From assembly GCA_963776845.1 (NCBI GenBank), contig CAVZOJ010000002.1:611979-675978 (forward strand): a stretch of 64,000 nt of DNA, read 5' to 3'. A program made the position numbers and the translations under genes. Each line of letters starts with the position of its first letter. The first letter of the stretch is position 1. The notes beneath the pieces are model-generated. The model saw only the letters and a program-made list of their open reading frames with translations. It ran no database searches and was not told where the DNA came from. This DNA is from an uncultured Alphaproteobacteria bacterium. GTDB lineage: Bacteria; Pseudomonadota; Alphaproteobacteria; Rhodobacterales; Rhodobacteraceae. Of the stretch, positions 1 to 12,172 are shown in pieces.

Positions 1-638
1 TTGTCGCTCCCACGCTTCGCCACATCGCGTCCGGCGAGTTGCCCTACCATTTGGCGCAGACGCTGGTCCGGGTGGCCTGGGCCTTCGTCCTGGCGATGTC
101 GCTTGGGGTGGCGATCGGTTACGCAATGGGGACCGTCCCTTGGATCGACCGGTGGCTGGACCCCTGGCTGGTCGTCTTTCTGAACTTGCCGGCCCTGGTC
201 CTGATCGTCCTCTGCTACCTCTGGATTGGCCTCAACGAGACGGCTGCAATTCTTGCGGTGACGCTTAACAAGGTGCCCAACGTGGTGACCGTCGTTCGCG
301 AGGGGGCTCGCGCGCTCGACCCCGAGCTTGACGCGATGGCGCGGGTCTACCGGATGACGACCTCCGCGCGCCTCCGCCACGTCGTGCTGCCGCAGCTCGC
401 TCCGTATATCGCCGCGGCGGCGCGCGGTGGCATCGCGCTGATCTGGAAGATCGTTCTGGTGGTCGAGTTTCTCGGCCGGTCGAGCGGAATAGGCTTCAAG
501 ATCCACCTCTACTTCCAGCTCTTCGACGTGCGGATGGTGCTCGTCTACGCGTTATCGTTCGTCACCGTGATGCTGGTCGTCGAGATGTCGCTTCTTCAAC
601 CTTGGGAGAAGCGGGTGCGTCGCTGGCGCACGGCATGA
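1..638 (+). CDS. ABC transporter permease, NitT/TauT (SsuC/TauC-like) family; 5' end outside window
   Basis: The frame is open from nt 3 (VAPTLRHIASGELPYHLAQ...) into ORF 39..638. The protein is hydrophobic and multi-TM, with a permease EAA-type loop (VVREGARALDPELDAMARVYRM). Its stop overlaps the downstream ATPase start (ATGA at 635-638). Confidence 0.8.
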   Translation, partial: VAPTLRHIASGELPYHLAQTLVRVAWAFVLAMSLGVAIGYAMGTVPWIDRWLDPWLVVFLNLPALVLIVLCYLWIGLNETAAILAVTLNKVPNVVTVVREGARALDPELDAMARVYRMTTSARLRHVVLPQLAPYIAAAARGGIALIWKIVLVVEFLGRSSGIGFKIHLYFQLFDVRMVLVYALSFVTVMLVVEMSLLQPWEKRVRRWRTA

Positions 639-1225
639 TCAATGTCGACGTGCGGCGGAAGGCGTACGGCGCCAGCGAAGTGCTGCGCGACGTCCGGCTG
701 GAACTTTCAGATGGCGAGCGGGTCGCCGTACTCGGTCCCTCGGGGGTCGGCAAGTCGACCCTGCTGAGGATCGTCGCCGGAATCGACCGCGACTTCGAGG
801 GTACCGTCGATCGTCCGGAGGAGACGGCGATCGTGTTCCAGGAGCCGACGTTGCTGCGCTGGCGGAGCGTTCTGCAGAACCTGACGCTAACCAACCCTCA
901 CGTGTCCGAGACGGAGGCGAGTTCCATGCTGGCGCGCGTCGGGCTGGCCGGCAAGGCCGCTGACTTCCCCGGTCAATTGTCGCTTGGTCAGCAGCGGCGG
1001 GTTGCGCTTGCCCGAGCCTTTGTGGGCGCGCCCGAGCTGCTGGTCATGGACGAGCCGTTCGTCTCGCTCGACGCCGAGACGGCCGAGGAAATGATGTCGC
1101 TGACGGAGACGCTGATCGCCGAGGCGCGGCCGAGCGTCCTGCTTGTCACGCACGAGGAGGCGGAGGCGCGGCGGCTTGGGGATCGGATCGTCAGGCTTAA
1201 GGGGAGCCCGGCGACGATCGCGTAG
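635..1225 (+). CDS. ABC transporter ATP-binding protein (SsuB/TauB-like)
   Basis: Walker A GPSGVGKST, signature LSLGQQRR, Walker B LLVMDEPF, H-loop LVTHE. Start placed at ATG 635 (MINVDV...), which overlaps the permease stop. Confidence 0.85.
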   Translation: MINVDVRRKAYGASEVLRDVRLELSDGERVAVLGPSGVGKSTLLRIVAGIDRDFEGTVDRPEETAIVFQEPTLLRWRSVLQNLTLTNPHVSETEASSMLARVGLAGKAADFPGQLSLGQQRRVALARAFVGAPELLVMDEPFVSLDAETAEEMMSLTETLIAEARPSVLLVTHEEAEARRLGDRIVRLKGSPATIA

Positions 1226-1411
1226 AGTCACGCTCGCCGCTTGGGCGACGTCGTGCCGCATCGCCCAATCCTTGGGCGGACGCGTTGTTCGACGTGGCCC
1301 GGTGCAACGCCAGTGTCGCCGCGCTTGACGATGCTGCGGTGCAGCATGGTTCGATTGGACCGCCAGTCGGCTTCTGCCGGCCGAACGGCAGTAGATGAAA
1401 GGTCCGAACCG

Positions 1412-1612
1412 ATGACAGAATTGTTCTTCGTCGTCTGCCTCGCCACGTCTCCCGACGTGTGTGAAGATCAGTCGCTGCAGTACCTGAACGTGTCGCCACG
1501 CGTCTGCACGATGCAGGCGCAGCCCCAGCTGGCGCGCTGGGCAGACGAACATCCAGGCTGGCGCGTTCGGCGGTGGACCTGCCGCCCCGCGGGATTGAGC
1601 CACGACGCCTGA
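1412..1612 (+). CDS. hypothetical small Cys-containing protein
   Basis: This is the inner ATG of ORF 1241..1612 (MTELFFVVCLATSPDVCEDQSLQYLNVSPRVCTMQ...). It is co-directional with its neighbours. I recognise no family. Confidence 0.3.
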   Translation: MTELFFVVCLATSPDVCEDQSLQYLNVSPRVCTMQAQPQLARWADEHPGWRVRRWTCRPAGLSHDA

Positions 1613-1674
1613 CCCGGTGGACACCAGCGTGCGGCCGATGCATCGTCGGGATCGATGCTCTGGGGAGGAGGCGC

Positions 1675-2289
1675 ATGATGATCAGGGCCACGGCTTTGGC
1701 CGTCGGTATGGCTGCTCTTGCGACCAGTGTCGTTGCCGAGACGGCTTTTGAGATGACGTTCCGACCCGGAACGCTCAACTCTTTCGAGATCGGCGACGGG
1801 CTTCTTTACGACAGCGTCGTCACTGAGACCGGGGAAGATGCCACGACCACTATCGAGGTTCAGTTGACGGAGGATGGCCTCGCTGCGCTGGAGCAGCAGG
1901 GGGCCGAGGGGCAGGAGCGCACGCTCGGCCGCTTCGACGCCAGCGTCGGGAATCCGGTGGCGATGTATTTTCTGGAGCGGACGATCCGCACGGTCGCAGA
2001 GGCGACGGGCGGCAGCGACTTCTACCTCCGCAACCGCATCAAGGACGCCTTGCGCGAGCCTGAGGAGGTCCGGACCATCGAGATCGACTGGCAGGGAGAA
2101 CCGGTCGAGGCCACCGAGATCATCCTCACCCCCTTCGAAAAGGATCCGAACCGACCACGCCTGGGCCCGTACGGAGACCTCCGCATCCGGCTCGTGATGG
2201 GCGAGGGAGTTCCTGGCTGGTACCATACGCTGCGCGCGAACGCGGGAGATTATCGCTCGGAGCTGTCGCTGGCGGACGTCCAAGAATGA
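1675..2289 (+). CDS. hypothetical periplasmic protein (signal peptide)
   Basis: ATG 1675 is preceded by GGAGGAG. The N-terminus MMIRATALAVGMAALATSVVA looks like a Sec signal. The stop overlaps the next gene's ATG. No family recognised. Confidence 0.6.
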   Translation: MMIRATALAVGMAALATSVVAETAFEMTFRPGTLNSFEIGDGLLYDSVVTETGEDATTTIEVQLTEDGLAALEQQGAEGQERTLGRFDASVGNPVAMYFLERTIRTVAEATGGSDFYLRNRIKDALREPEEVRTIEIDWQGEPVEATEIILTPFEKDPNRPRLGPYGDLRIRLVMGEGVPGWYHTLRANAGDYRSELSLADVQE

Positions 2290-2636
2290 GACGGGTCCTG
2301 TACGTCATTGCCGCTGTCGCCTGCAGCGGGGCCGGCGCCCAGGACCTCGCAACGCGCCTCAACGACTATCCGACCGAAGCGCGCGCAGACTACGTCTTTG
2401 GCTGCATGGCGACCAACGGGCGAACGCGCCAGGCGCTCTTGCAATGCTCCTGCTCGATCGACGTGATCGCCTCCATCCTGCCGTACGAAGGATACGTCGA
2501 GGCTGAGACCGTGCTGTCGCTGCGGCTCGAGAGCGGGGAGCGGATGTCACTGTTCCGCGACACGGCGCTCGCCACCAATATCGTTGCGGAATTGCGGCGG
2601 GCCCAGGCCGAAGCCGAGATCCTCTGCTTTCAGTAG
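2286..2636 (+). CDS. hypothetical secreted Cys-rich protein
   Basis: ATGA overlap with the upstream gene. Signal-like MRRVLYVIAAVACSGAGA, and five Cys in the mature part (FGCMATNG...LLQCSCSID...ILCFQ). Confidence 0.6.
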   Translation: MRRVLYVIAAVACSGAGAQDLATRLNDYPTEARADYVFGCMATNGRTRQALLQCSCSIDVIASILPYEGYVEAETVLSLRLESGERMSLFRDTALATNIVAELRRAQAEAEILCFQ

Positions 2637-2637
2637 C

Positions 2638-3432
2638 TCAGGAGCCGGCAGGCTTGGCCATCACCTGGCGAAAGACGTTCCCTGCGGTGTCGTGCGCCTC
2701 GACTGTGATCTCCGCTGATCCATTGTCGGTGTAATCGAAGCGGAAAACCGGGTTCTCGGAGATCGAGATCCCGCCCTCGAGCCGGAAGAGCAAATCCTCG
2801 CCCTGCATCACCTCAAGGTAGTCGATGAAGTGTGGCGGGATGAACAGATGGGTGATCTGATCCCGCTGAAGTCCGGAGTAATTCGGATGCCGTATCATGA
2901 CCTGCGCCTCACGGCGGTCCGGTGCCGGGTCGTCGAAATGCCGCAGCCGAATGTCGCCCATTCCAGCGAGCGCCGCCTCCGGGTCGCGCGTCGCAGCAGC
3001 TGAGCAGCCGCCCGAGGCACGGACGAACGCGCCCGCCATGAAGAGGCCGTCCTCTGTCTCGGCAACCGCCCTGACGTTCGAGTATTGATCGACGCGCACT
3101 CGGGTTTCGAAATTCAACGGCGCCATGGCCTCGCCGAACTCGATCGTCGCGGCAACGGGGGCCGGGTTCTCGTCCACGACCAGCGTCACCTTGTTGATCG
3201 GCTGATCTCCGTCTTGGTGTATCGCTATCGGGACGGTCGCGGCATCGTGGGCACGAAACGGTGCGTCGAGTGATACGACACCCTCACCGGGCGCCGGAGA
3301 GACATCGCCGATGATCACATCGCGCAGGTACTCCCACGTTTCGCTGTGCGACAGCGGGTTGTCCTCGGAGGCATACGCCGGCGACATGCACGCCGCCAGC
3401 GAGGCGACAACAGCGAAAGCGCGGGTTCTCAT
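2638..3432 (-). CDS. SoxY-SoxZ fusion protein (quinoprotein-dehydrogenase-associated SoxYZ-like carrier type)
   Basis: ATG 3432 has a GGAGG 5 nt upstream, followed by a signal peptide. The SoxY-like half ends in the carrier motif VRASGGCS. The SoxZ-like half follows (IRLRHFDD...VMIRHPNYSGLQRDQ...ISISENPVFRFDY...HDTAGNVF). Confidence 0.75.
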   Translation of the reverse strand: MRTRAFAVVASLAACMSPAYASEDNPLSHSETWEYLRDVIIGDVSPAPGEGVVSLDAPFRAHDAATVPIAIHQDGDQPINKVTLVVDENPAPVAATIEFGEAMAPLNFETRVRVDQYSNVRAVAETEDGLFMAGAFVRASGGCSAAATRDPEAALAGMGDIRLRHFDDPAPDRREAQVMIRHPNYSGLQRDQITHLFIPPHFIDYLEVMQGEDLLFRLEGGISISENPVFRFDYTDNGSAEITVEAHDTAGNVFRQVMAKPAGS

Positions 3433-3744
3433 GCAGTCCTCCTTCCAGTTCACGGACATATCTTAACACTTCGCCACAGCTTCTCACGTCAAATTCGCGT
3501 ACGGTCCCTCCCGCGCCGAAAAAATTCTGGGCCGCAGCTTTGCTGGCTTGATTGCATTCGTCTGAGCAAGAAAACGCTTGGGTTGAGCGATCCCGCTTTG
3601 CAAGATGATCCTCGCCGGTGCCACGTAAGCCTTCCTTAAAGGGCCTGAAGCATGATCGCGCGCACCGGCGGAACAGAAGGCAGGGGGTCTGGCATCTTGG
3701 CAGTCGAACGACCTCGATCGTTTGCGACAGCGGACGCGTAACTC

Positions 3745-5543
<1,799 letters not shown>

Positions 5544-5547
<4 letters not shown>

Positions 5548-6284
5548 GCCAGTACGGCCCCCGCCAGACGCAGAGCTATCAACGCCAGCAGGATTAGGAT
5601 CGTGCGATCGAAAGCCTCGCGGGAGACATGCCGCGCCAGGTAGGCCCCGACCGGCATGCCGCCGAGCAGCGGCAGGATCGCGACGGCGCTGACGAGTACG
5701 CGGTCGAATGTCAGGACCCCCGATGCCGCCAGCACGACGATCTGGACGATCGTCATGGCTGCGAAGAAGATCGAGATCGTGGCGATGAAGGCGTCGCGCG
5801 GCATCCGTATGGCATTCAGGAAGCCGATCGAAACGGGGGCGGAGATCCCCGCGACGCCCTGGAGTATCCCACCGAGAAGCCCGACGGCGACGGCCAGCCG
5901 CTCGGCGACGGCCAGGCTCATCGACCAGTCAGGGCGCAGGATCCGGAACGCGATGTAGAAAAGGACGGCCACCGCGACAGCGAGGATCAGGACGTCGGCG
6001 GAAAGCGTGACGAGCAGGACGGAACCGATGGCGGCACCGACCGCTCCCGCGCCCGCGAAGCCCCAGGTCAGGGCCGCCGGCGCCCGGTGCATGCGATAGT
6101 GCCAACCCTGCCAGACGTTCGAGATGAGGTTCGGCAGGGTGAAGACCGCAACCGCTGTCGGCACGTCGTAGAGCAGCGAGACAAGTGGCACGCCGATGAT
6201 CGGAGAACCGGCCCCCGTGGCGCCCTTCAAAACGCCGCCGAGTGCGAACGAAGCGGCTATTAGGATGATGCCCAACCAGTCCAT
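5544..6284 (-). CDS. sulfite exporter TauE/SafE family membrane protein (copy 1)
   Basis: Inner ATG (MDWLGIILIAASFALGGVLKGATGAGSPIIGVPL...) of ORF 5544..6434. Poly-TM protein with the Gly-rich TauE N-terminal motif. Convergent 4-nt overlap with the kinase stop. Confidence 0.8.
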
Positions 6285-6555
6285 CAGGACCCAGCGTGGA
6301 ACTGGCGGCGATCCCATGCACGCGCCGGAGTCGCAAGCCACTTTGCGAAGGCATGGCCTCGCGGAAAGTCGCACATGCCTTTCGCTACTCCTGACGCGGG
6401 TTCCGCTCGGCGCCGATCGGGTCTGGACCGGCACGCGCTCGGGCTAGTCTTTGAGCCGACGTTGCACAAGCCGCCGCCCCGACCGAGGCTCTCCTCGATG
6501 CGGTTGCGGCATCGGAGCGGCGGCCTACGCTCCGGGAAACAAGAAGGATCACTTC

Positions 6556-7030
6556 ATGAGCGCCCGCCCCTCCGTTCTTTTCGTCTGTCTCGGCAACATC
6601 TGTCGGTCGCCCCTTGCCGAGGCGGCATTGCTCGCGGCGGCGCGCGCGCACGCGGTCGAAATCGATGTCGAACTCGGCGGGAACCGGCGACTGGCATGTC
6701 GGGGAGCCACCGGACCGGCGCGCGCAGACCGTGGCGCGCGCGAACGGCAGCGACATTTCCGGATTGCGTGGACGACAGGTTCAGCGAGAGGACTTCCACA
6801 GGTTCGATCATGTCGTCGCGCTCGACCATGAGAACCTCCGCAACCTGCAGGCGCTGAGACCGCAAGGTGCCTCGGCGACGCTCTCGCTGCTCCTCGATCA
6901 TGTACCGGGACGCGAGGGAGAGGCGGTAGCCGACCCGTATTTCGGCGACGATGGGGGTTTCGAGCAGACCTGGGCCGACGTTTGCGAAGGCGCGCAAGGG
7001 CTCCTGGTGACCCTGCGGCGATCCACGTGA
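6556..7030 (+). pseudogene. low-molecular-weight protein-tyrosine phosphatase, frame broken by a 1-nt insertion near 6671-6672
   Basis: ATG 6556 follows AAGAAGGA. The P-loop SVLFVCLGNICRSPLAE is in frame 1. The rest (DSAGTGDWHVGEPPDRRAQ...DHVVALDHENL...DPYFGDDGGFE) is in frame 2. Removing one A of GTCGAACTCG restores VEIDVDSAGTG. Length is 3n+1. Confidence 0.85.
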
Positions 7031-7828
7031 TCGACGCCACCCGACTCGCCTCCGTTCTTGATGAGGACGTCGTTTCGCAAATCGCCCTGAGTGGAGGCGA
7101 TCTGTCGGAGGTCGTGCGGCTGACGCTCGCATCAGGGCGCACCGCCGTCTGCAAGACCGGCAAGACCGCCAGCGCAGAGGCCGAAATGCTGCGGAGCATG
7201 GCCGAGGCGGGCGCGCCGGCGCCGGCCGTGCTTGCCGTGTCCGACGATCTGCTTATCCTGCAGGATCTCGGGCACGATAGTGGGCTCGGTGAGGTGTGGG
7301 GCGACCTCGGCTTGGCAGTACGACGGCTGCACGAGACAACGGGCGCGGGCTATGGATGGCCGCGTGATCACAGCTTCGGCTCCGTGGAGATCCTGAACGA
7401 TCCTGCTCCGACCTGGCCCGAGTTCTGGGCGGAGCGCCGCCTGCGGCCTGGCGTAAGACACCTGCCTTCCGAGCTGGCGCGCCGGGTCGAACGCCTCTGC
7501 GATCGTCTGCCGGACCGCCTGCCGCATGCACCACCCGCGGCATTGCTTCACGGTGATCTCTGGTCAGGCAACGTCATCGCTTCGGGCCATGTGGTCGCCG
7601 GACTCGATTGACCCGGCCTGCTACTACGGCGACGCAGAGGTCGATCTCGCCATGCTCACACTCTTCGCCACACCGGCGCCCGACTTCTGGACCGCCTACG
7701 GCGATGTTGTCGGCGGCCTCGATGAGCGGCGGCCGCTCTACCAGCTCTGGCCAGCGTTGGTGCATTTCCGACTGTTCGGCGCGTCGTATTTGGGACTGCT
7801 AGAGCGGGTGCTCACCGAGGCCGAGTGA
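7027..7828 (+). pseudogene. fructosamine/ketosamine-3-kinase family protein, frame broken by a 1-nt insertion near 7606
   Basis: GTG 7027 overlaps the phosphatase stop (GTGA). The N-terminal part ends ...LLHGDLWSGNVIASGHVVAGL. The C-terminal part IDPACYYGDAEVDLAMLTLF... continues in the +1 frame (ORF 7526..7828). Length is 3n+1. Confidence 0.85.
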
Positions 7829-7886
7829 ACCGCGCGAATGGTGCCGGTTCGCGGGGCGACCTCAGTTTGAGCTGCGGGGGGCTTCC

Positions 7887-8945
7887 TTATCGGAGCCGCC
7901 GCTCGGACTGGCCGTCGAAGAAGAGCGCGTCGGCGGGATCGAAGCGCAAGTCGACCGCGCTTCCTTCGGGGATGTCCTCGTCGCCGCGGGTCTCGACGAC
8001 GATCCGCGCATCCTTGCCGTCGACGAGATAGTCGTACGCGACGCCGCCGAGACGTTCGCGGATGTCCAGACGCAAGGTTTCCCCCGGCTCGACCGAGAGG
8101 TGCTGCGGTCGCAGCCCCACATGAACCTTCGATCCGTCCGCCGGCAGCTTCACATGGGCCTCGATGAGATTGCCGGACAGAAGCGGCGCTCGCACCTTGC
8201 CAGCCTCCACCACGCCTTCGACGAAGTTCATAGCGGGAGAGCCGATGAAGCCTGCGACGAAGCGGTTGTCGGGGTCGTTGTAGAGCTGCATCGGGCTGCC
8301 GATCTGCTCGATATGACCCGCGCGGAGGACCACGATCTTGTCGGCGAGGGTCATCGCCTCGACCTGATCGTGGGTGACGTAGATCATCGTCGCGCCGATC
8401 TCCTTGTGGAGCCGGGCGATCTCGACCCGCATGTCGACGCGCAGCTCCGCGTCAAGGTTGGACAAGGGCTCGTCGAACAGAAAGATATCGGGTCCGCGCA
8501 CGATCGCTCGGCCGATCGCGACGCGCTGGCGCTGACCGCCTGAAAGAGCCTTGGGCTTGCGCTTTAGGTAGTCGTCGAGCTTCAGGATGCGTGAGGCCTC
8601 CGCCACCTTCCTGCGGATCTCGTCCTTGGGGTGGCGGTTCATGCGCAGGCCGAAGCCCATGTTCTCCTCGACCGTCATGTGCGGGTAGAGCGCGTAGGTC
8701 TGGAACACCATCGCCACGCCCCTGTCGGCCGCGTCGACGCGGGTCACGTCGCGCTCGCCGATCCGGATCCGGCCGTCCGTCGTTTCCTCGAGACCCGCGA
8801 TCATGCGCAGCAACGTCGACTTTCCGCAGCCGGACGGCCCGACGAAGACACAGAACTCCCCATCCGCGATGTCGAGGTCGAGATCGTGGATCACCTGCAC
8901 GTCACCGTATCTCTTGACGGCCTTCTCGAGCTTGACGCCGCTCAT
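7887..8945 (-). CDS. sugar ABC transporter ATP-binding protein (UgpC/MalK family)
   Basis: GPSGCGKSTLLRMIAGLE, LSGGQRQRVAIGRAIV, FLFDEPLSNLDA, plus a C-terminal MalK-type regulatory domain. Confidence 0.9.
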   Translation of the reverse strand: MSGVKLEKAVKRYGDVQVIHDLDLDIADGEFCVFVGPSGCGKSTLLRMIAGLEETTDGRIRIGERDVTRVDAADRGVAMVFQTYALYPHMTVEENMGFGLRMNRHPKDEIRRKVAEASRILKLDDYLKRKPKALSGGQRQRVAIGRAIVRGPDIFLFDEPLSNLDAELRVDMRVEIARLHKEIGATMIYVTHDQVEAMTLADKIVVLRAGHIEQIGSPMQLYNDPDNRFVAGFIGSPAMNFVEGVVEAGKVRAPLLSGNLIEAHVKLPADGSKVHVGLRPQHLSVEPGETLRLDIRERLGGVAYDYLVDGKDARIVVETRGDEDIPEGSAVDLRFDPADALFFDGQSERRLR

Positions 8946-8970
8946 GACGCATCCCCTCCCATTGGATGTC

Positions 8971-9762
8971 TCAACCCGGAAACTGCCAGTCCGCGGCAGC
9001 GTCCGAGATCTTCCTGGCCGTCCGGATCAGCGCAGGCTTCAGCACGGCGATGTCCTCCAGCGACTTGCGCCGCGTCGACGTCGTGATCGACAAGGCGCCC
9101 AGGATGCGGCCGCCCGCCGTCAGTATCGGCGCGGCAATGCATATGATGCCCGGTTCGTGCTCCTCCCGGTCGAAGGCGATGCCCTCGGCGCGGACATCGT
9201 CGAGCTCGGCCTCTAGCGCCTCCGGCGACGTTATTGTCGCGCAGGTATGTGCGAAGTAGGCCTGCAGCCGCAGGGCCGCCGCCCGCTCGGCGTCGGACAG
9301 GTGGGCGAGCATCGCCTTGCCGACGCCGGTGCAGTAGCCCGGCCCGATCTTGCCGGCCTCGGAGAACATCTCGATCGGCTGCCGGGCGTTGCGCTTGTCC
9401 ACGTACAGGACCTGCCCGCGGTCGAGCTGCGCGAGATGGATGGTCTCGCCCACCTCTGCCGACAGCGCGTCGAGAAAAGGTCGTGCGATCGGCGCCAGCG
9501 AACTCTGCCGCCAGGCAGAGTGGGCGAGCCGGACGAGGCGGAGGCCGGGCGCATAAGCCTGTGTCTCGGGGTCATAGCGAAGCATTCCCTGCGCCGTCAG
9601 AGTCTGAAGCATCCGGTAGAGCGTCGCCTTGGGCCACGGCGATTCCGCCAGAAGCTCCGAGAAACGGACCAGACGACCCCGTGTGGCGACCATCTCGAGG
9701 ACGTCGAGCGCCTTGCCCACCGTTCCCGAGCCGCCGCCCTGATGCTGCCGGTGATCGTCCAT
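8971..9762 (-). CDS. IclR family transcriptional regulator
   Basis: N-terminal wHTH (VGKALDVLEMVA...ELLAESPWPKATLYRMLQTL) and a C-terminal IclR effector domain (GYCTGVGKAMLAHL...FDREEHEPGIICIAAPI). It lies upstream of, and co-directional with, the UgpC-like gene. Confidence 0.9.
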   Translation of the reverse strand: MDDHRQHQGGGSGTVGKALDVLEMVATRGRLVRFSELLAESPWPKATLYRMLQTLTAQGMLRYDPETQAYAPGLRLVRLAHSAWRQSSLAPIARPFLDALSAEVGETIHLAQLDRGQVLYVDKRNARQPIEMFSEAGKIGPGYCTGVGKAMLAHLSDAERAAALRLQAYFAHTCATITSPEALEAELDDVRAEGIAFDREEHEPGIICIAAPILTAGGRILGALSITTSTRRKSLEDIAVLKPALIRTARKISDAAADWQFPG

Positions 9763-9907
9763 GGCTCGCGTCCTCCTACGCGCCGGCGCCGTGCCGTCCC
9801 GCTGTCGCAGGTGTTGACAGGGTTACGGCATGTCTCGCATAGTTTCAATAGTTGGTCTTCGGTTCCATCATGTGGAACTCGATGCGCTGAGGCTTAGGGA
9901 GGACTTC

Positions 9908-11165
9908 ATGCTCAGCTTTACACGTTTGGCGGCGGCGCTGGCGATGACCACCGCGGTCGTCGCTCCCGCGGGCGCGCAGGACCTGTCGGGAACGCTCACG
10001 ATCTTTTCGGACATGTCGAATCCGGCGCCACGTGCCGTGATGGAGGACATGGCGGCGCGCTTCGACGAGATGCATCCCGACCTCGACGTCGAGCTGACGA
10101 TCATTGATCGCGAAGCGTACAAGACGCAGATCCGGAACTTCCTGACCGCCAATCCGCCGGACGTCGCGAACTGGTACGCGGCGAACCGGATGCGGCCCTA
10201 CGTCGAGGCCGGCCTCTTCGAAGACGTCTCCGACCTCTGGGACGAGCCCGAGATTCAGGAGAACCTCGCATCGACGGAAGGCGCAATGACGCTCGACGGC
10301 AAGCAGTGGGGCGTGCCCTACACCTACTACCAGTGGGGCGTCTACTACCGCCAGGACATCTACGACGAGCTCGGCCTCGAGGAGCCGCAGGACTGGGAGA
10401 CGCTCAAGTCGAACTGCCAGGCGATCCTCGATTCCGGCCGCAAGTGCTTCACGATCGGGACGAAGTTCCTTTGGACCGCCGGCGGCTGGTTCGACTACAT
10501 CAACATGCGCACCAACGGCTACGACTTCCACATGCAGCTCACGAACGGCGAGGTGCCTTGGACGGACGACCGTGTCCGCCAGACCTTCGCCAACTGGCGC
10601 GAGCTGATCGACATGGGCGCGTACATCGACAATCACCAGTCCTATAGCTGGCAGGAGGCGCTGCCCTTCATGGTGAACGGGCGACGCCGTCGCCTACCTG
10701 ATGGGCAACTTCGCCGTCGCGCCGATGCGCGAGGCGGGGCTCAGCGACGATCAGCTCGACTTCTACCAGTTCCCGCCGATCAACCCGGACGTCGAACTGG
10801 CCGAGGATGCGCCGACCGACACGTTCCACATTCCTGCCGGCTCCGACAACAAGGAGGCGGCGCGCGAGTTCCTGCGCTTCGTCGTCTCGGCCGAGAACCA
10901 GACAAAGATCAACGCAGGCGACGCGCTGGGCCAGCTGCCGGTCAACGCCTCCTCGTCGGTGGACGACGACGAGATGCTGCAGCAAGGCTTCGAGATGCTG
11001 TCCTCGAACGCACCGGGTGGCATCGCGCAGTTCTTCGACCGCGACGCCCCGGCCGAGATGGCCTCCATCGCGATGGAAGGCTTCCAGGAGTTCATGGTGT
11101 TCCCCGACAACCTTGAGGACATCCTGAGCCGGCTCGAGCAGTCGCGTCAGCGCATCTACCAGTGA
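9908..11165 (+). pseudogene. sugar ABC transporter substrate-binding protein, frame broken by a 1-nt insertion at the GGG run 10679-10681
   Basis: ATG 9908 follows AGGGAGG, then a signal peptide MLSFTRLAAALAMTTAVVAPAGA. The sequence is sensible to ...EALPFMVNG, then continues as DAVAYLMGNFAVAPMREAG... in ORF 10701..11165. Length is 3n+1. Confidence 0.85.
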
Positions 11166-11241
11166 CGGCCTGATCAAGACCTCCGGGCGCCGCGGCGCGC
11201 CCGGGTGGACCCGACGGCGCCACGGCCGAGGAGCGATCACG

Positions 11242-12171
11242 ATGACCACCGCCACGCTGCCCGACACCCACGCCGACGAAGGCGGCCACGGCTGGGTCCG
11301 GCGAAACCGGATGCGGCTGGCGCCGTGGCTCTTCCTCGCGCCGGGCGTGCTGTTCTTTCTGTTCTACGTGATCTTCCCGGTCTTCCAGAGCTTCAACCTG
11401 TCCTTCTACCGTTGGGATGGACTGGGTGAGGCGGAGTTCATCGGACTTGCGAACTATCGCGAGCTCTCGACCGACCGCGCCTTCGAGGTTTCGCTTTGGA
11501 ACAACCTCAGATGGCTGGTCCTGTATCTTCTGGCGATCCCGGGCGGGCTCTTCATCGCGCTCTTCCTCAACCAGACCGTCACCGGCATCCGCATCTACAA
11601 GTCGCTGTTCTTCTTTCCGTTCGTGATATCGCAAGTCGTCGTCGGCCTGGTCTTCACCTGGTTCTACGACCCGACCTTCGGATTGCTGAACACCATGCTG
11701 GCGTGGGTCGGGGCAGGGCCGATCAACGTGCTCGGCGACCCGACGATGGCGACCTACGGCATCATCGCGGCGGGCCTCTGGCCGCAGATCGCCTACTGCA
11801 TGATCCTCTACCTGACCGGCCTCAATGCCGTGGACCCCGAGCAGATCGAGGCGGCGCGCCTCGACGGCGCGAAGGGGCTGCGCATGCTCTGGCACGTGAT
11901 CCTGCCGCAGCTGCGGCCAGCGACCTTCATCGCCTTCGTCGTGACGATTATCGGCGCGCTGCGGTCCTTCGACCTGATCTCGATCATGACGAACGGCGGG
12001 CCGTTCGGCTCCACCCGGGTGCTGTCCTTCTACATGTTCGAGAAGGCGCTCAGCGAGTACGGCTTCCGCATGGGCTACGGCGCGGCGATCGCGGTCGTCC
12101 TGTTCCTCATCATGCTCTGCTTCATCGCCTACTTCCTCTGGTCGATGTGGCGGCAGGAAAGGGTTCGCTGA
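11242..12171 (+). CDS. sugar ABC transporter permease (MalF/UgpA-like)
   Basis: Six-TM permease with an EAA loop (EAARLDGAKGLRMLWHVILPQLRP). Confidence 0.9.
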   Translation: MTTATLPDTHADEGGHGWVRRNRMRLAPWLFLAPGVLFFLFYVIFPVFQSFNLSFYRWDGLGEAEFIGLANYRELSTDRAFEVSLWNNLRWLVLYLLAIPGGLFIALFLNQTVTGIRIYKSLFFFPFVISQVVVGLVFTWFYDPTFGLLNTMLAWVGAGPINVLGDPTMATYGIIAAGLWPQIAYCMILYLTGLNAVDPEQIEAARLDGAKGLRMLWHVILPQLRPATFIAFVVTIIGALRSFDLISIMTNGGPFGSTRVLSFYMFEKALSEYGFRMGYGAAIAVVLFLIMLCFIAYFLWSMWRQERVR

Positions 12172-12172
12172 G

